Assembly (NCBI GenBank): GCA_963976765.1
Contig: CAXBME010000010.1
Coordinates: 62,001-126,000, forward strand
From: an uncultured Planctomycetaceae bacterium
GTDB lineage: Bacteria; Planctomycetota; Planctomycetia; Planctomycetales; Planctomycetaceae
Length of the DNA stretch: 64,000 nt
Reading direction: 5' to 3'
Part shown: positions 10,401-19,420 of the stretch, piece after piece
How positions within the stretch are numbered: position 1 is the stretch's first letter
Layout of the letters: every line of letters begins with the position of its first letter
Made by a program: the position numbers and the translations under genes
Notes under the pieces: generated by a model
Databases searched by the model: none
The model's input: the letters and a program-made list of their open reading frames with translations, nothing else
Told to the model about the DNA's origin: nothing

Positions 10401-10557
10401 AGTCGTCATCGGTGGGCTGACGTCTGGAACATTGATCACTCTGATCGCGATTCCGCTGGCATGGTGCGCCGCGTTCGGTCGTCGTTCGCAAGCGGCGGTC
10501 AACTCGCAGGTCGAAAGCAACATTGAGACGCCGGTCCTGGCTGGAGGGAACGTGTGA
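7411..10557 (+). CDS. RND efflux permease (AcrB/SwrC family)
   Basis: 1048 aa; YPGAGPEEVE, GLALGIGLLVDNSIVVLE, RFRPILMTTLTT, PMARVVIGGL. Confidence 0.95.
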   Translation: MFLTRFAVYRPVTTSMACLIVVLLGWMSVRSLRVDLMPDMTWPIITVTTLYPGAGPEEVETLITRPMEQTIGSVQGVERMSSSSYEGSSSVRVQFSWGTNLDPAIGDIRARLERLRNDMPPGVEPPYIRRYDSADSPIIYLGLRTDLPPVQATQLAENSIAPRLEQAAGVARIRIRGGTRREIQVDLDRQKIESLDMTVKEVLDALGRDNINQPAGDLDEGHLRMLVRSRGEFTSIDQISDTVIRQREGAVVRIRDVGRVIDGEEERTEETRVNGENGLLIYVYMQSGANTVDVSEAIKKKVDEINESTPDGELSIRVDKSDYIRQAIANVQDSAMYGSGLAIIVLIIFLRSFRSTLVIAATMPLSVLATFVLIYFYGLSLNMISFGGLALGIGLLVDNSIVVLESIFRKREEGFGRIEAAIEGTQEVASAIVASTLTTLVVFVPLLFIGDQTGIMLRELAIVVSFSLVCSLVASLTLTPMLTTHLLSDSEGVRIRWLSAIVKVFHGINAKAFGAVEWCYEKLLGTSLKFPLAVAFLLILCLATVAGLSPRVGTEFLPKTDEGRIIVYTEMAPGIRLERLSEKAGLVEEIIHRSTPESQTTASFIGDDSDDAEDWNDAWFSLHLASRDERTRTVEEIRKDLSEKIGTVPGMTINVKVRNDLFGSRMFNSNGDGIAVEIRGHDQATAEDLSQRVTRAMEAVPGLINIEAYQAERQPEVSVEIDRARSSALGISVSDITQTLETAIQGSRTTVFRENGNEYNVVVRLRESDRASIQDIGQVGVLAPGGKVISLKNLVTLKSGESAVGITRLDRQRVHWVGCNVEDRDLGHAVRDLQKELRKIPPVDGFSINVAGDWEDQQKSFKALTNGFILAVILMYMVMASQFESMGAPLLILLSLPLAALGVVAILLTTETTLNVQSFIGLVMLAGIVVNNAIVLIDYMMQLRQRNPERAGLEIVKQAAVRRFRPILMTTLTTVLAMMPIAMGIGDGGELQAPMARVVIGGLTSGTLITLIAIPLAWCAAFGRRSQAAVNSQVESNIETPVLAGGNV

Positions 10558-11249
10558 CGGATCAATCGTTGAGCAACATTCTGCAGCAGACGCTGGATGA
10601 TCACCGCCTCACTCGAAGCGAACGACGCGCTCTTCGTGACACCCTTACGGACTTTATCAAAGACCAGGCGTCGCAAATAAAATGTCACCAGACCGCGTTC
10701 GAGCTGGCGAGAAACACCATTGACCAGGTGAACTCGTCAGCCGTTCTGGAATGGCTTGAAGACGTGTCTCAAGTGATTCGACAGGCGGCAGCTCCCGCTG
10801 AACCGAGTACCGACGCGGAAGTCGTCTTCAGTCCGGGCGATCATTGCTGGCAGCGAATTGCCAGCCTGCTGAAATCGTCCCGACACTCAGTCGACATCTG
10901 CGTCTTTACCATTACAGATGATCGAATCACGTCCGCGATTCTGGACGCTTACGATCGCAAAGTTTCGGTGCGAGTCATCACGGACAACGACAAAGCATTC
11001 GACAAAGGTTCTGACGTTGAACGACTTGCTCGTGCCGGTGTCGATGTCTGCGTTGACCAGACCGAGCACCATATGCACCACAAGTTTGCCATCTTTGATC
11101 GCAAACGTTTACTGACCGGCAGTTACAACTGGACGCGATCGGCGGCGGCGAGCAACGAAGAGAATTTTATCATCGTTGACGACGCTCGGCTGCGAACACA
11201 GTTTCAGAACGAGTTCGACCGGCTGTGGAAAGAGTTCTCGACGTATTGA
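10554..11249 (+). CDS. Phospholipase D/Nuc-like single-HKD protein
   Basis: HHKFAIFD...TGSYNWT...NEEN; the GTG start overlaps the RND stop (GTGA). Confidence 0.9.
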   Translation: MTDQSLSNILQQTLDDHRLTRSERRALRDTLTDFIKDQASQIKCHQTAFELARNTIDQVNSSAVLEWLEDVSQVIRQAAAPAEPSTDAEVVFSPGDHCWQRIASLLKSSRHSVDICVFTITDDRITSAILDAYDRKVSVRVITDNDKAFDKGSDVERLARAGVDVCVDQTEHHMHHKFAIFDRKRLLTGSYNWTRSAAASNEENFIIVDDARLRTQFQNEFDRLWKEFSTY

Positions 11250-11273
11250 GCGGCGAAGCACAGACTCAACGAG

Positions 11274-12449
11274 TTACGCATTCTTCAGCAGCCGCTTCAT
11301 TCGCTTGAGCTGGATCATGGCGTTTGCGGCCAGCGTGCCTGTTCGAGTTGTCGTGAAGACTCCGGTCGTCAGGCGACGCTTCCACGGCCACACGTCTTCG
11401 ACGTACGAACCGGGTTTCGAGCAACTGTCTGCCAGTCGGAAATCGGAAAGATTTTCTCGGCAGTTCTGCAGGAAGTTCAGCTCGTTGAGGATTCCGGGCG
11501 AGCCGCTGGCGAAGTCAGGGTTCCAGCCGATCTTGAAGCAGAAGAGGTCGTCAGCCGATCGCATGTTCAAGGCTGAAGCCACTGGCGACCCGTCGACAGA
11601 AAGTTGATAGATGACGAGTTGTTCATCCGCCGCAAATCGCGAGGCCATCTCTCGACAGAATTGTTCATGACCAGACGCTGACAGCAAGGCGGTACCTGCG
11701 TCGCTTTTCCAGCCCATTGCCTCAAGCTCCAGAAACGTCTGAACATGTTCGGTGGACGTATTTGCTCGGTCGAGGCAGGAAAAGCTGACCGCTCCGTGCG
11801 TGGCGAGTTGTTTCTCGGCTCGTTTGAAGTTGCGACGACGATTCTTTGAATACAACGATTGCAGGCAGTCCTCAGGGACTTCTTCGATAGGGATGATGGC
11901 CCGTTCGCGGAACCAGTCTTCAAACCACCGGGCTCCGCTGGCTGCGGCGGCGATTTCCAGCATGTCGTTCAGTTCGCCATCGGCGCTGCGGTCTGTAAAG
12001 GCGACTCCCTGCCACCGCCGCCCCTGACGACTCAACCAGTTGAAGAAGGTTGCCAGCGCCGCGGTGCCGAGTTGCTGATCGACCAGCAGGCCGTCAAACA
12101 AAGTGTGCTCACATCGCCAGCTTTGCAGATGGGTCAGCGGAAGCAGTCGGCTGCTTCTGGAAGTTTCGAACAGGCCGAGTGCCAACAATCTTGAGTCATC
12201 TTCGGATTCGACCGCCAGGATCAGTGGCTTCTGGTCGTACGCTCCTTCGAGATGCTCGACAGCCGGGATGACAAAGTGTGGCGACAGGAATGCGTTACCT
12301 TCGACCGAACGGGACTCCAGCTGAGCCCAGCGTGCGACGAACTCATCAGTCAAGTCTTCGTACGAAAGTTCAACAACGCGAAGCCCGGTTCCCACGACTT
12401 GTTCAGAGGCATTGTTTTCAATTGTTGATCCGGTCGCGAAAGTGGCCAT
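11274..12449 (-). CDS. GNAT acetyltransferase, CelD/BcsL-like
   Basis: NAFLSP, FLELEAMGWK, FKIGWNPDFASGSPG motifs. Start uncertain. Confidence 0.75.
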   Translation of the reverse strand: MATFATGSTIENNASEQVVGTGLRVVELSYEDLTDEFVARWAQLESRSVEGNAFLSPHFVIPAVEHLEGAYDQKPLILAVESEDDSRLLALGLFETSRSSRLLPLTHLQSWRCEHTLFDGLLVDQQLGTAALATFFNWLSRQGRRWQGVAFTDRSADGELNDMLEIAAAASGARWFEDWFRERAIIPIEEVPEDCLQSLYSKNRRRNFKRAEKQLATHGAVSFSCLDRANTSTEHVQTFLELEAMGWKSDAGTALLSASGHEQFCREMASRFAADEQLVIYQLSVDGSPVASALNMRSADDLFCFKIGWNPDFASGSPGILNELNFLQNCRENLSDFRLADSCSKPGSYVEDVWPWKRRLTTGVFTTTRTGTLAANAMIQLKRMKRLLKNA

Positions 12450-12626
12450 CAGCACGTCCGTTATTTGAAGCATCGAGCGGGAGCATTGTGAGAATTCCTT
12501 CTCCTCAAGGTAGCTCGTCGATGCCCGCACGGAGTCAGTACGAAGCCGCGTCGCCACATTCATGACGTGGAACAAGCGTTACGATCCGCACTACGTACCG
12601 AATCAGAAACCTGCGAACTGCTCCGA

Positions 12627-13688
12627 TCAGTCCTTCGTCGCCGCGACGCAGATTTCCCGACGGTTAAAAGCGAGTTGCCGTGAGCGAACGTTCTGGTAAC
12701 CCCACGACCGGATCCGTTTGTGGTAAAGCGGGATTTCGTCGGCAAGCTTCCAGTCTGTGAATTTGAGCGTCAGGAGCAAACCCTCGATCTTGACCGACGA
12801 ATGCGTCACGATGGCTTCGATGGTATCCAGTGAGTAGTTCGGTACGGCAGACGCGTCGCTCGCCAGCCAGCGGACGTTGGAGAAAAGTTTTCGCGGCAAT
12901 TCTTTGGCACGACCTCGAACGTGCGTGAACTTCTCTTCTCCAAGCAGAGCCTCGTGCATTTCTGCCGGATCGATCCCGGTCACTTTCAAGCCAAGTTCCA
13001 GCAATGCCTGGCAGGAACCACCCGGCGAGCTGCCAATTTCGACGATGGAATCTCCGGCTTTGACAGGCAGCCCGGACCACATAAGCCCCTCGACCATTTT
13101 GAGCCACGTTCGAGAGACGGCGTGTTCGGGCAGTTCGATCTGCGGCGTGCCGCCGGGCCAGCAGGAAGACCCCTGACCGGCAATGTGCCAGCCGATCCAC
13201 CACTCACCCGGTTCGACGAGCACACAGTCGATGACCAGTTCTCCTGGCTCGGGACTCTCGTTGACCTTTCGACTGATTATGCCGTCGTCGCTCGCCGGCT
13301 CCAGAATCCGCCCGACCTCTGACGCAAGTAGCGAGACTCCCGGTTCAAAGCCGCGCGAGCCCGGCATGAATCGATCTCGTTCCCAGACGTGCAGATGCCG
13401 GCAGGCGGCGAGTTGTTCTTCGGTGAGCTGCGCGGCGAGAAGTTCAGCATACTCACGTGCCATGGTCGCACCATCGGAACCAACTACCTTTCCGATGGAG
13501 TGTCCCCATGTCCGGGCAAAGACGGACCTCAAATCAAAATTGACAGCGAAGCCTCTTGTGTCAGGCGTCTTGAACGTGATGAAGCCGGGTCGGGAAAACG
13601 CCAGTCGCAGGTCCGGGTGACGCCGACTGATCTCATTTTTCAACGCAGCCTCAGCACCTGCCTGGCAGACAACAAAAACAAACGACAT
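12627..13688 (-). CDS. SAM-dependent RNA 2'-O-methyltransferase (RlmM/FtsJ-like)
   Basis: VSRTWLK, VEIGSSPGG, GIDPA, LTLK and REI motifs. Confidence 0.8.
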   Translation of the reverse strand: MSFVFVVCQAGAEAALKNEISRRHPDLRLAFSRPGFITFKTPDTRGFAVNFDLRSVFARTWGHSIGKVVGSDGATMAREYAELLAAQLTEEQLAACRHLHVWERDRFMPGSRGFEPGVSLLASEVGRILEPASDDGIISRKVNESPEPGELVIDCVLVEPGEWWIGWHIAGQGSSCWPGGTPQIELPEHAVSRTWLKMVEGLMWSGLPVKAGDSIVEIGSSPGGSCQALLELGLKVTGIDPAEMHEALLGEEKFTHVRGRAKELPRKLFSNVRWLASDASAVPNYSLDTIEAIVTHSSVKIEGLLLTLKFTDWKLADEIPLYHKRIRSWGYQNVRSRQLAFNRREICVAATKD

Positions 13689-14014
13689 GGAATCACTTTC
13701 GGTGTGCTGTGTGAGGTAAAGCTATGGTGAGGGCGTCGGCGGGAGATTACCCGGCATGTTTCCGTCGACAAGCGACTTCTTCTTCAGAAGATGATGCCGG
13801 CAACGTTGCATGGACGCATCATGCTGCCGGGAGGCAACGTTAATTTGTTGACGTTGCGCGGCGAGGAATCTCGACACAGAATCTGCAAACCAAGCAAGGC
13901 AAACGGTTTGCAGAAAACTGTACAACTCTGTTTCGTTCTTTGAGCGCTATGGCATTGGATTTGTTTCTACGACCTGCATCTGACGAAATGAAACCCAGGC
14001 GTCCGGGAACTCTC

Positions 14015-15508
14015 ATGAATAAACCTCTGATTATCGTACTGAGTGAACGACCTCGCTGGACAAGCGAGCTGCCGAACAGCGCTCGCGACGGTTTTGAGTT
14101 TGTCACGTGCTCGGACGTCGAAGCGCTGCCGAAGCTTGCTCAGGACAAGGCTGCCGCCGGAGTCCTTGCCGACCTGACTGACGTTTCAGGCGGCGGCCAT
14201 CTTCAGGAGCGGGTGCTGGAGCTGCTGTGCGATCGGATGGCCGATCTGCCGGTCGCGATGGTTACGGACGAAGACTGTCCCGAGCCGCTCGAACGTCGAG
14301 CCCTCTACAGCGGCATCATGCACCTTCGTGGTGAAGTGACGGTTGACCGAGTACTTGACTGGCTGGCCGAACGCCTGCCGCCCAACGTGACGGACACAAC
14401 TGCGGTTACTTCCGATGCCGAAAATCGATTCGAAGAAATCGAAGAAGGGGACACGAAGGACGAGCCGCTCGCAATCACCGCCAGTTCGCCGCGCCAATCA
14501 GGCAACGGAGATTCGTCCGCTGTCCTGTCTGGAATCACTCGACGCTTTGAAACCTATTCGCCAGAGATGAAGCGGATGCTGGAAGAGGTGGCGATCGCCG
14601 CCGACAAAGATGTCACGATGCTGCTGATCGGTGAAACCGGGTCGGGGAAGACCTACCTGTCGAATCTGATTCACGAAGTCTCGCCGCGTCGTGACCAGCC
14701 ATTCATCACAGTTGCCTGTGGATCGTTGCCGGGTGACCTGATCGAAAGCGAAATGTTCGGCCACATGAAAGGGTCGTTTACGAGTGCTCACGTCGACAAA
14801 GAGGGCAAGTTCATTGCCGCGAAGAAAGGAACGATTCTACTCGACGAAATCGACGTCCTTGGTCTGGAGCAGCAGGTCAAGCTGCTTCGAGTCATCGAGA
14901 CCGGCCAGTTTGAACCAGTTGGATCGAACCAGACAATGACGTCGCAGGCAAGGCTCGTTGTCGCGAGTAATCTTCCGCTCGAACCGCTGGTCGAGAAGGG
15001 TTTGTTCCGTCCAGACCTTTACTATCGACTCAGCATGTTGAAGTTTGAACTGGCACCACTGCGAAAACGGAAGCCGGACATCAAAACGCTGGCCAAGCGG
15101 TTCATCCAGGACAAGTCGTTGAAGCACGAAATGGGCATCGTGCGGATCGAGCAGGAGTTCTTCGACGCTCTGATCGCGTACCCCTGGCCGGGCAACGTTC
15201 GAGAACTTGAGTACGCCATTCAACGAGCAGTTATCTACTGCCGGGACGGCGTGCTGCGGGCAGAGCATCTTCCGGCCCATATCCTCGCGGGAGTCGCCGG
15301 CCCGACCAACGATCCGACCGTGAAGCTGGAAAACGCGAAGCCGAAAGAACTCTCGAAAGAACTCGGCAGCCAGATCGCGACAACCGAGCGAGACATCATC
15401 GAGCAGGCATTGATCCGAAATAACTACAACCGGACGCGCACCGCCAAAGAGCTGGGAGTCAGCCGGGTGACGCTTTACAACAAAATGAAACGGTACGACC
15501 TGAGCTGA
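14015..15508 (+). CDS. Sigma-54-dependent activator with a degenerate receiver-like N-terminus
   Basis: [55 protein letters not shown]. Confidence 0.92.
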   Translation: MNKPLIIVLSERPRWTSELPNSARDGFEFVTCSDVEALPKLAQDKAAAGVLADLTDVSGGGHLQERVLELLCDRMADLPVAMVTDEDCPEPLERRALYSGIMHLRGEVTVDRVLDWLAERLPPNVTDTTAVTSDAENRFEEIEEGDTKDEPLAITASSPRQSGNGDSSAVLSGITRRFETYSPEMKRMLEEVAIAADKDVTMLLIGETGSGKTYLSNLIHEVSPRRDQPFITVACGSLPGDLIESEMFGHMKGSFTSAHVDKEGKFIAAKKGTILLDEIDVLGLEQQVKLLRVIETGQFEPVGSNQTMTSQARLVVASNLPLEPLVEKGLFRPDLYYRLSMLKFELAPLRKRKPDIKTLAKRFIQDKSLKHEMGIVRIEQEFFDALIAYPWPGNVRELEYAIQRAVIYCRDGVLRAEHLPAHILAGVAGPTNDPTVKLENAKPKELSKELGSQIATTERDIIEQALIRNNYNRTRTAKELGVSRVTLYNKMKRYDLS

Positions 15509-15570
15509 CCGACGTCGCCCGAACGCTCTCCCGCGTTCGACTTTTGGAAGCACATCGTTAGTACCGATTC

Positions 15571-15607
15571 AAGAGCCCGGCATCCTTCAATGTCGGGCTC
15601 TTTCTGT
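15571..15607 (+). terminator. Intrinsic terminator
   Basis: Stem AAGAGCCCGGCAT / ATGTCGGGCTCTT followed by a T-rich tail, between convergent genes. Confidence 0.65.
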
Positions 15608-15698
15608 CTTGAGAGGAGCTTCAGGGCAGGCACCACCCACCAGAGGATTCTTCCATTGGTAGACCGTACCCACCGTACAGTTTCTTTACAGGTCTGCG

Positions 15699-16400
15699 TC
15701 ACCCGGGAGGCAGAGCAATGCTGAAGCGTGTGCCTCGACCTGGGTCGCTTTCGCAGGTGATAGTGCCGTTGTGAGCTTCGACAATCTTCCGAACGGTTGG
15801 CAGTCCGAGTCCGCTGCCGTTGGGTTTGGTCGAGAAGAAGATCTGAAACAGCTTTGACCGAGTGGCTTCGTTCATCCCTTGACCGGTATCGATGAACTCA
15901 AGCCGTACGAATCCATCGCGGACAAACGTCTGGAGTTCCAGCAGTCCACCATCGGGCATCGCCTGTTGCGCGTTCCTGGCAAGGTTCATCAGAACCTGGC
16001 GAAACAGCGAACTGTCCAACCGGACCGGCGGCAGGTTCGATTCCAGATGCGGGCTTACGTCAATGCCTGACTCGTCGGCGGTCGGTTTGTAGAAGTCGAC
16101 GAATTCGCGGACGGCGGCGTTGAGATCTGACTCGACCAGCTCCAGTTCGCCGACTCGTGCAAATTGCAGAAACGCGTTGAGGATCTCGTCCAGGTGTCCG
16201 CATTCCTGCTGAACCCGCTGAAGCTTGGCAAGCATTCGCTGGTCGCGAGCGGTGTCGCTTTCCTGCAACTCTTCGACGAGCAGTTCGAGATTCAAACTGA
16301 TTGTCGACAGCGGGTTCCGAATCTCGTGCGCAAGACCGCCAGCAAGAGACGCGATCTCTGAATACTGAGCGAGCAGTCGTTGCCGTTCCTGATCTTCCAC
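15699..16400 (-). CDS. Histidine kinase (HisKA + HATPase only)
   Basis: LAHEIRNPL, N box QVLMNLARNA, DTGQG, FFSTK, GSGLGL. Confidence 0.92.
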   Translation of the reverse strand: MEDQERQRLLAQYSEIASLAGGLAHEIRNPLSTISLNLELLVEELQESDTARDQRMLAKLQRVQQECGHLDEILNAFLQFARVGELELVESDLNAAVREFVDFYKPTADESGIDVSPHLESNLPPVRLDSSLFRQVLMNLARNAQQAMPDGGLLELQTFVRDGFVRLEFIDTGQGMNEATRSKLFQIFFSTKPNGSGLGLPTVRKIVEAHNGTITCESDPGRGTRFSIALPPG

Positions 16401-16655
16401 CGATGAATTTCCGTGAGATTTCGAGTGAACTTTGAATGCTGTCTGTTGCGCAAGCGGCTTTTAGCAAAGGTCTGAAGTTACCGAAACCTGTGATTCTCCT
16501 TCAGCAAAAACGAATGCAATAGCGAAGGGCGTTTTCGTTTCGGCGGACTCTGGAACATTCGGATCATCGCCAGGATTGCATCTCGAAGGTTGACAAGTTG
16601 TCAGAAGGAGATGTCTGCACGACAGTCTGCCGTTTCCTCGACAAAGTTCGAGACG

Positions 16656-16699
16656 TAAAAAACGGGATCGACACTCAGAGAGTACCGATCCCGTTTTGA
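16656..16699 (-). terminator. Intrinsic terminator after the repeat lipoprotein gene
   Basis: Minus strand reads AAAACGGGATCG ... CGATCCCGTTTTTT. Confidence 0.65.
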
Positions 16700-16746
16700 A
16701 ACAGATGTCCGACGCCAGGTGACGACCCTGGCCAGCGAATAGCTGA

Positions 16747-17037
16747 CTACTCAGCAGCAGCTTCGCCTTCAGCTGGTGCAGCGCCTTCACCTTCAGCTGG
16801 TGCAGCGCCTTCGCCTTCAGCCGGTGCAGCGCCTTCGCCTTCAGCCGGTGCAGCGCCTTCACCTTCAGCTGGTGCAGCGCCTTCGCCTTCTTGAGATGGA
16901 TCTGGAGCTGCTGAGTGCATCATGTCTGTTGTGGTTGAGCCGGTCTCAGCACCAGCGTCCGTAGCAGGAGCGCCACCACAGCCGACAACGAACAAAGCGA
17001 TAGACAGGGCAGCGATACTCGATACGAAAGATTTCAT
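16747..17037 (-). CDS. Small acidic lipoprotein with (EGEGAAPA)n repeats
   Basis: MKSFVSSIAALSIALFVVG|C lipobox, upstream AGAGGA RBS, downstream terminator. Confidence 0.8.
   Translation of the reverse strand: MKSFVSSIAALSIALFVVGCGGAPATDAGAETGSTTTDMMHSAAPDPSQEGEGAAPAEGEGAAPAEGEGAAPAEGEGAAPAEGEGAAPAEGEAAAE
16761..16890. repeat. 24-bp coding tandem repeat, about 5.4 copies
   Basis: Unit CTTCRCCTTCAGCYGGTGCAGCGC; the variable positions are synonymous in the minus-strand lipoprotein frame. Confidence 0.95.
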
Positions 17038-17237
17038 CACGGATTCCTCTTTGTTGAATTTTCTGTCAGAAATTGACAAGCGGGTTTCTCGCCTGGAAGC
17101 ACCTTTCCAGACGCTGGACCATTAGATGCGCCAGCGGCTCGGCATATTCCCGGTCGAGCAGAAATTCCGCAACTTTTGCAACCTCATGAAAACGACACGG
17201 CCTTCGATCAGTGCCGGGAAGGGCGGATTGGGTAGAA

Positions 17238-17690
17238 TCAGTCCGGTTTTCGTTCCAGCAAATCGCCACCAGCGTTTGGAATTCGGACAAAACTGAACGT
17301 TCCCGAGGCAATCGCCACTCGAACGCCGCAGTCGGTTGCCATTTCGGCTTCAGCCACCGAAGTCGTCGCCCCGGTGTGCGAAACCTTTGCCGAGATTACC
17401 AGCCTTTCGCCATTCCAGCCGGGGCGGATGAAATGAACGTTGAGCTGACAGGTGACGGCAAAGCACCCGTCGGGCGTCTGTGTTGAAACAGCCACTCCCA
17501 TAGCCGTGTCCAGGAGAGTCGCGATGACGCCGCCGTGAGCGATTCCACGGGTGCGAAGGTGCATATCCGAAAGATTCAGTGCGAGCGTGGCCGTGCCCTC
17601 GCCACGGCCGATCAATTCCGCCCCGAGCAGTGCCAGAAACGGCGACTCTTCGAACGGTTTTCGTCGTTCTGCTTCGTCGACCGCGGTCAT
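17238..17690 (-). CDS. PaaI-family hotdog thioesterase
   Basis: GIAHGGVIATLLDTAMG, LNVHFIRP. Confidence 0.9.
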   Translation of the reverse strand: MTAVDEAERRKPFEESPFLALLGAELIGRGEGTATLALNLSDMHLRTRGIAHGGVIATLLDTAMGVAVSTQTPDGCFAVTCQLNVHFIRPGWNGERLVISAKVSHTGATTSVAEAEMATDCGVRVAIASGTFSFVRIPNAGGDLLERKPD

Positions 17691-17900
17691 CCTGGTGCCT
17701 TGTCTGGATCAAAGGGTGTGCTGAATGGCAGGCATTCGATCAGCCATTTGAACCTTAAAGGGGTTCGGCGATCGAGTATCTCGACAGAACATGGCAGGTT
17801 CGCGAAGTGTCCAGGCAAACGCAATAATCCGCTCCGATTCCGACCGAAGCGTTTGTCGGACGTCGCCGCGTTCACCCGACACTTTCAGGCAGAGATTTCC

Positions 17901-18974
17901 ATGAGTCTGTTTCGACCCGACGTCGATCGAATCCAGGGCTACGTTCCAGGCGAGCAACCGCAGGAAACCGGCTGGATCAAGCTGAACACGAACGAGAATC
18001 CCTACCCGCCGTCGCCTGGTGTCACCGCGGCAGTCGCGGCGGCGTGTGCCGGCAGACTGAACGTTTATCCGGACCCGCTGGCGAGTCGTTTTCGCAAGGC
18101 GGCGGCTGAACTGTTCAACGTCGACCCGGAATGGATCCTTCCCGCGAACGGCAGCGACGAAAATCTGACGATCCTGAATCGCGCCTTCGTCGACCCCGGC
18201 GAGCTGGTCACGTTTCCGTACCCGAGTTACATCCTCTACGAAACACTCGCCGACATTCAGGGAGCGGCTCACGAGCGGCTGCAGCTCGAACCCGACTGGT
18301 CCTGGAATCTCGATCGTGTTCGACCTCAGATTGAACGAAGCAAACTCGTTCTGGTTCCGAACCCGAATTCGCCTTCAGGAAACTGCTGGGCCGACGAGGC
18401 GATTCAGGAACTCGTTCCGCCGAACGGAGTGTTTGTCCTCGACGAAGCGTACGGCGACTTTCGCGACGAACCTCACCGCGGTGAGATCCTTCACACGGCT
18501 GCAGGTCGCCGCATCGTGATGACCAGAACGCTCAGTAAGTCGTACTCGCTGGCCGGAATCCGATTCGGCTTCGCCGTGGCGCATCCGGATTTGATTTCCG
18601 GAATGAGAAAAGTCAAAGACAGCTACAACTGCGACACCCTGTCTCTTGCGGCAGCTTCGGCAGCCATCGAAGACCAGGACTGGATGCTGGAGAACCGGCG
18701 GAAGATTCTGGCGACACGTTCCCGACTGACAACGTCCTTACGGGAAATCGGCTTCAACGTTGTCAACAGCGAGGCCAACTTTGTCTGGGCAACGCACCCC
18801 GAGATCAGCCATCAGAAGATTTACGAAGCACTGAAAGCTCGCAAAGTCCTGATTCGATTCATGAAGTTTCTGGAATCGCTTGATGGTTCTGAGCTGACCG
18901 GGCTTCGCATTACCGTCGGAACCGACGACGAAACCGACGGCTTCCTGTCAATCCTCAGCGACATTCTGAGGTGA
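17901..18974 (+). CDS. hisC: Histidinol-phosphate aminotransferase
   Basis: KLNTNENPY, YPD, NGSDE, NPNSPSG, DEAY, RTLSKSYSLAGIRFG. Confidence 0.95.
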   Translation: MSLFRPDVDRIQGYVPGEQPQETGWIKLNTNENPYPPSPGVTAAVAAACAGRLNVYPDPLASRFRKAAAELFNVDPEWILPANGSDENLTILNRAFVDPGELVTFPYPSYILYETLADIQGAAHERLQLEPDWSWNLDRVRPQIERSKLVLVPNPNSPSGNCWADEAIQELVPPNGVFVLDEAYGDFRDEPHRGEILHTAAGRRIVMTRTLSKSYSLAGIRFGFAVAHPDLISGMRKVKDSYNCDTLSLAAASAAIEDQDWMLENRRKILATRSRLTTSLREIGFNVVNSEANFVWATHPEISHQKIYEALKARKVLIRFMKFLESLDGSELTGLRITVGTDDETDGFLSILSDILR

Positions 18975-19013
18975 CGCGCCCGCAAGGGTGGATGAACGCC
19001 GGAAGGCCGCAGA

Positions 19014-19418
19014 ATGGATCGGCTCACGAAGCAACATCGCAGCTGGAATATGTCACGGATTCGCGGTGCGCATACGAAGCCGGAAATTCGAGTGCGTTCA
19101 ATGCTTCACCGAATGGGTTACCGGTTCCGTCTTCACCGGAAAGACTTGCCCGGGAAGCCCGACATCGTGCTTCCGAAATATCAAACCGTCATCTTTGTGC
19201 ATGGCTGCTTCTGGCACCGGCATCCTGGATGCCGGTTCGCGTACACTCCCAAAAGTCGAGTCGAATTCTGGTCAAAAAAGTTTGCCAGAAATGTCGAACG
19301 TCACAAAGAAGTCGAAGCAGAATTGTCCGAGCAGGACTGGCGAGTCGTCCTCGTGTGGGAATGTGAAACGAAAAACGAAGAAACGTTGTACGAAGTGCTG
19401 ACCGAACGTCTGGAATAA
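19014..19418 (+). CDS. vsr: Very-short-patch repair endonuclease
   Basis: RSWNMSRIR..TKPE, DLPGKPDIV, FVHGCFWH, VWEC. Confidence 0.95.
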   Translation: MDRLTKQHRSWNMSRIRGAHTKPEIRVRSMLHRMGYRFRLHRKDLPGKPDIVLPKYQTVIFVHGCFWHRHPGCRFAYTPKSRVEFWSKKFARNVERHKEVEAELSEQDWRVVLVWECETKNEETLYEVLTERLE

Positions 19419-19420
19419 CC

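Noticed and set aside
12559..12574. TTCATGACGTGGAACA, a parS-like half-site
   Set aside because: Only the right half matches; the left arm and core are broken.
16461..16862. ORF with (KAKALHRL)n repeats
   Set aside because: An alternative frame of the lipoprotein's tandem repeat; the repeat variation is synonymous in the lipoprotein frame and not in this one.
16761..16890. Possible CRISPR array
   Set aside because: Units are contiguous with no unique spacers, and no cas genes are present.
17535..17900. N-terminal extension of hisC in the ORF track
   Set aside because: It overlaps the divergent PaaI gene; HisC homology begins at ATG 17901.
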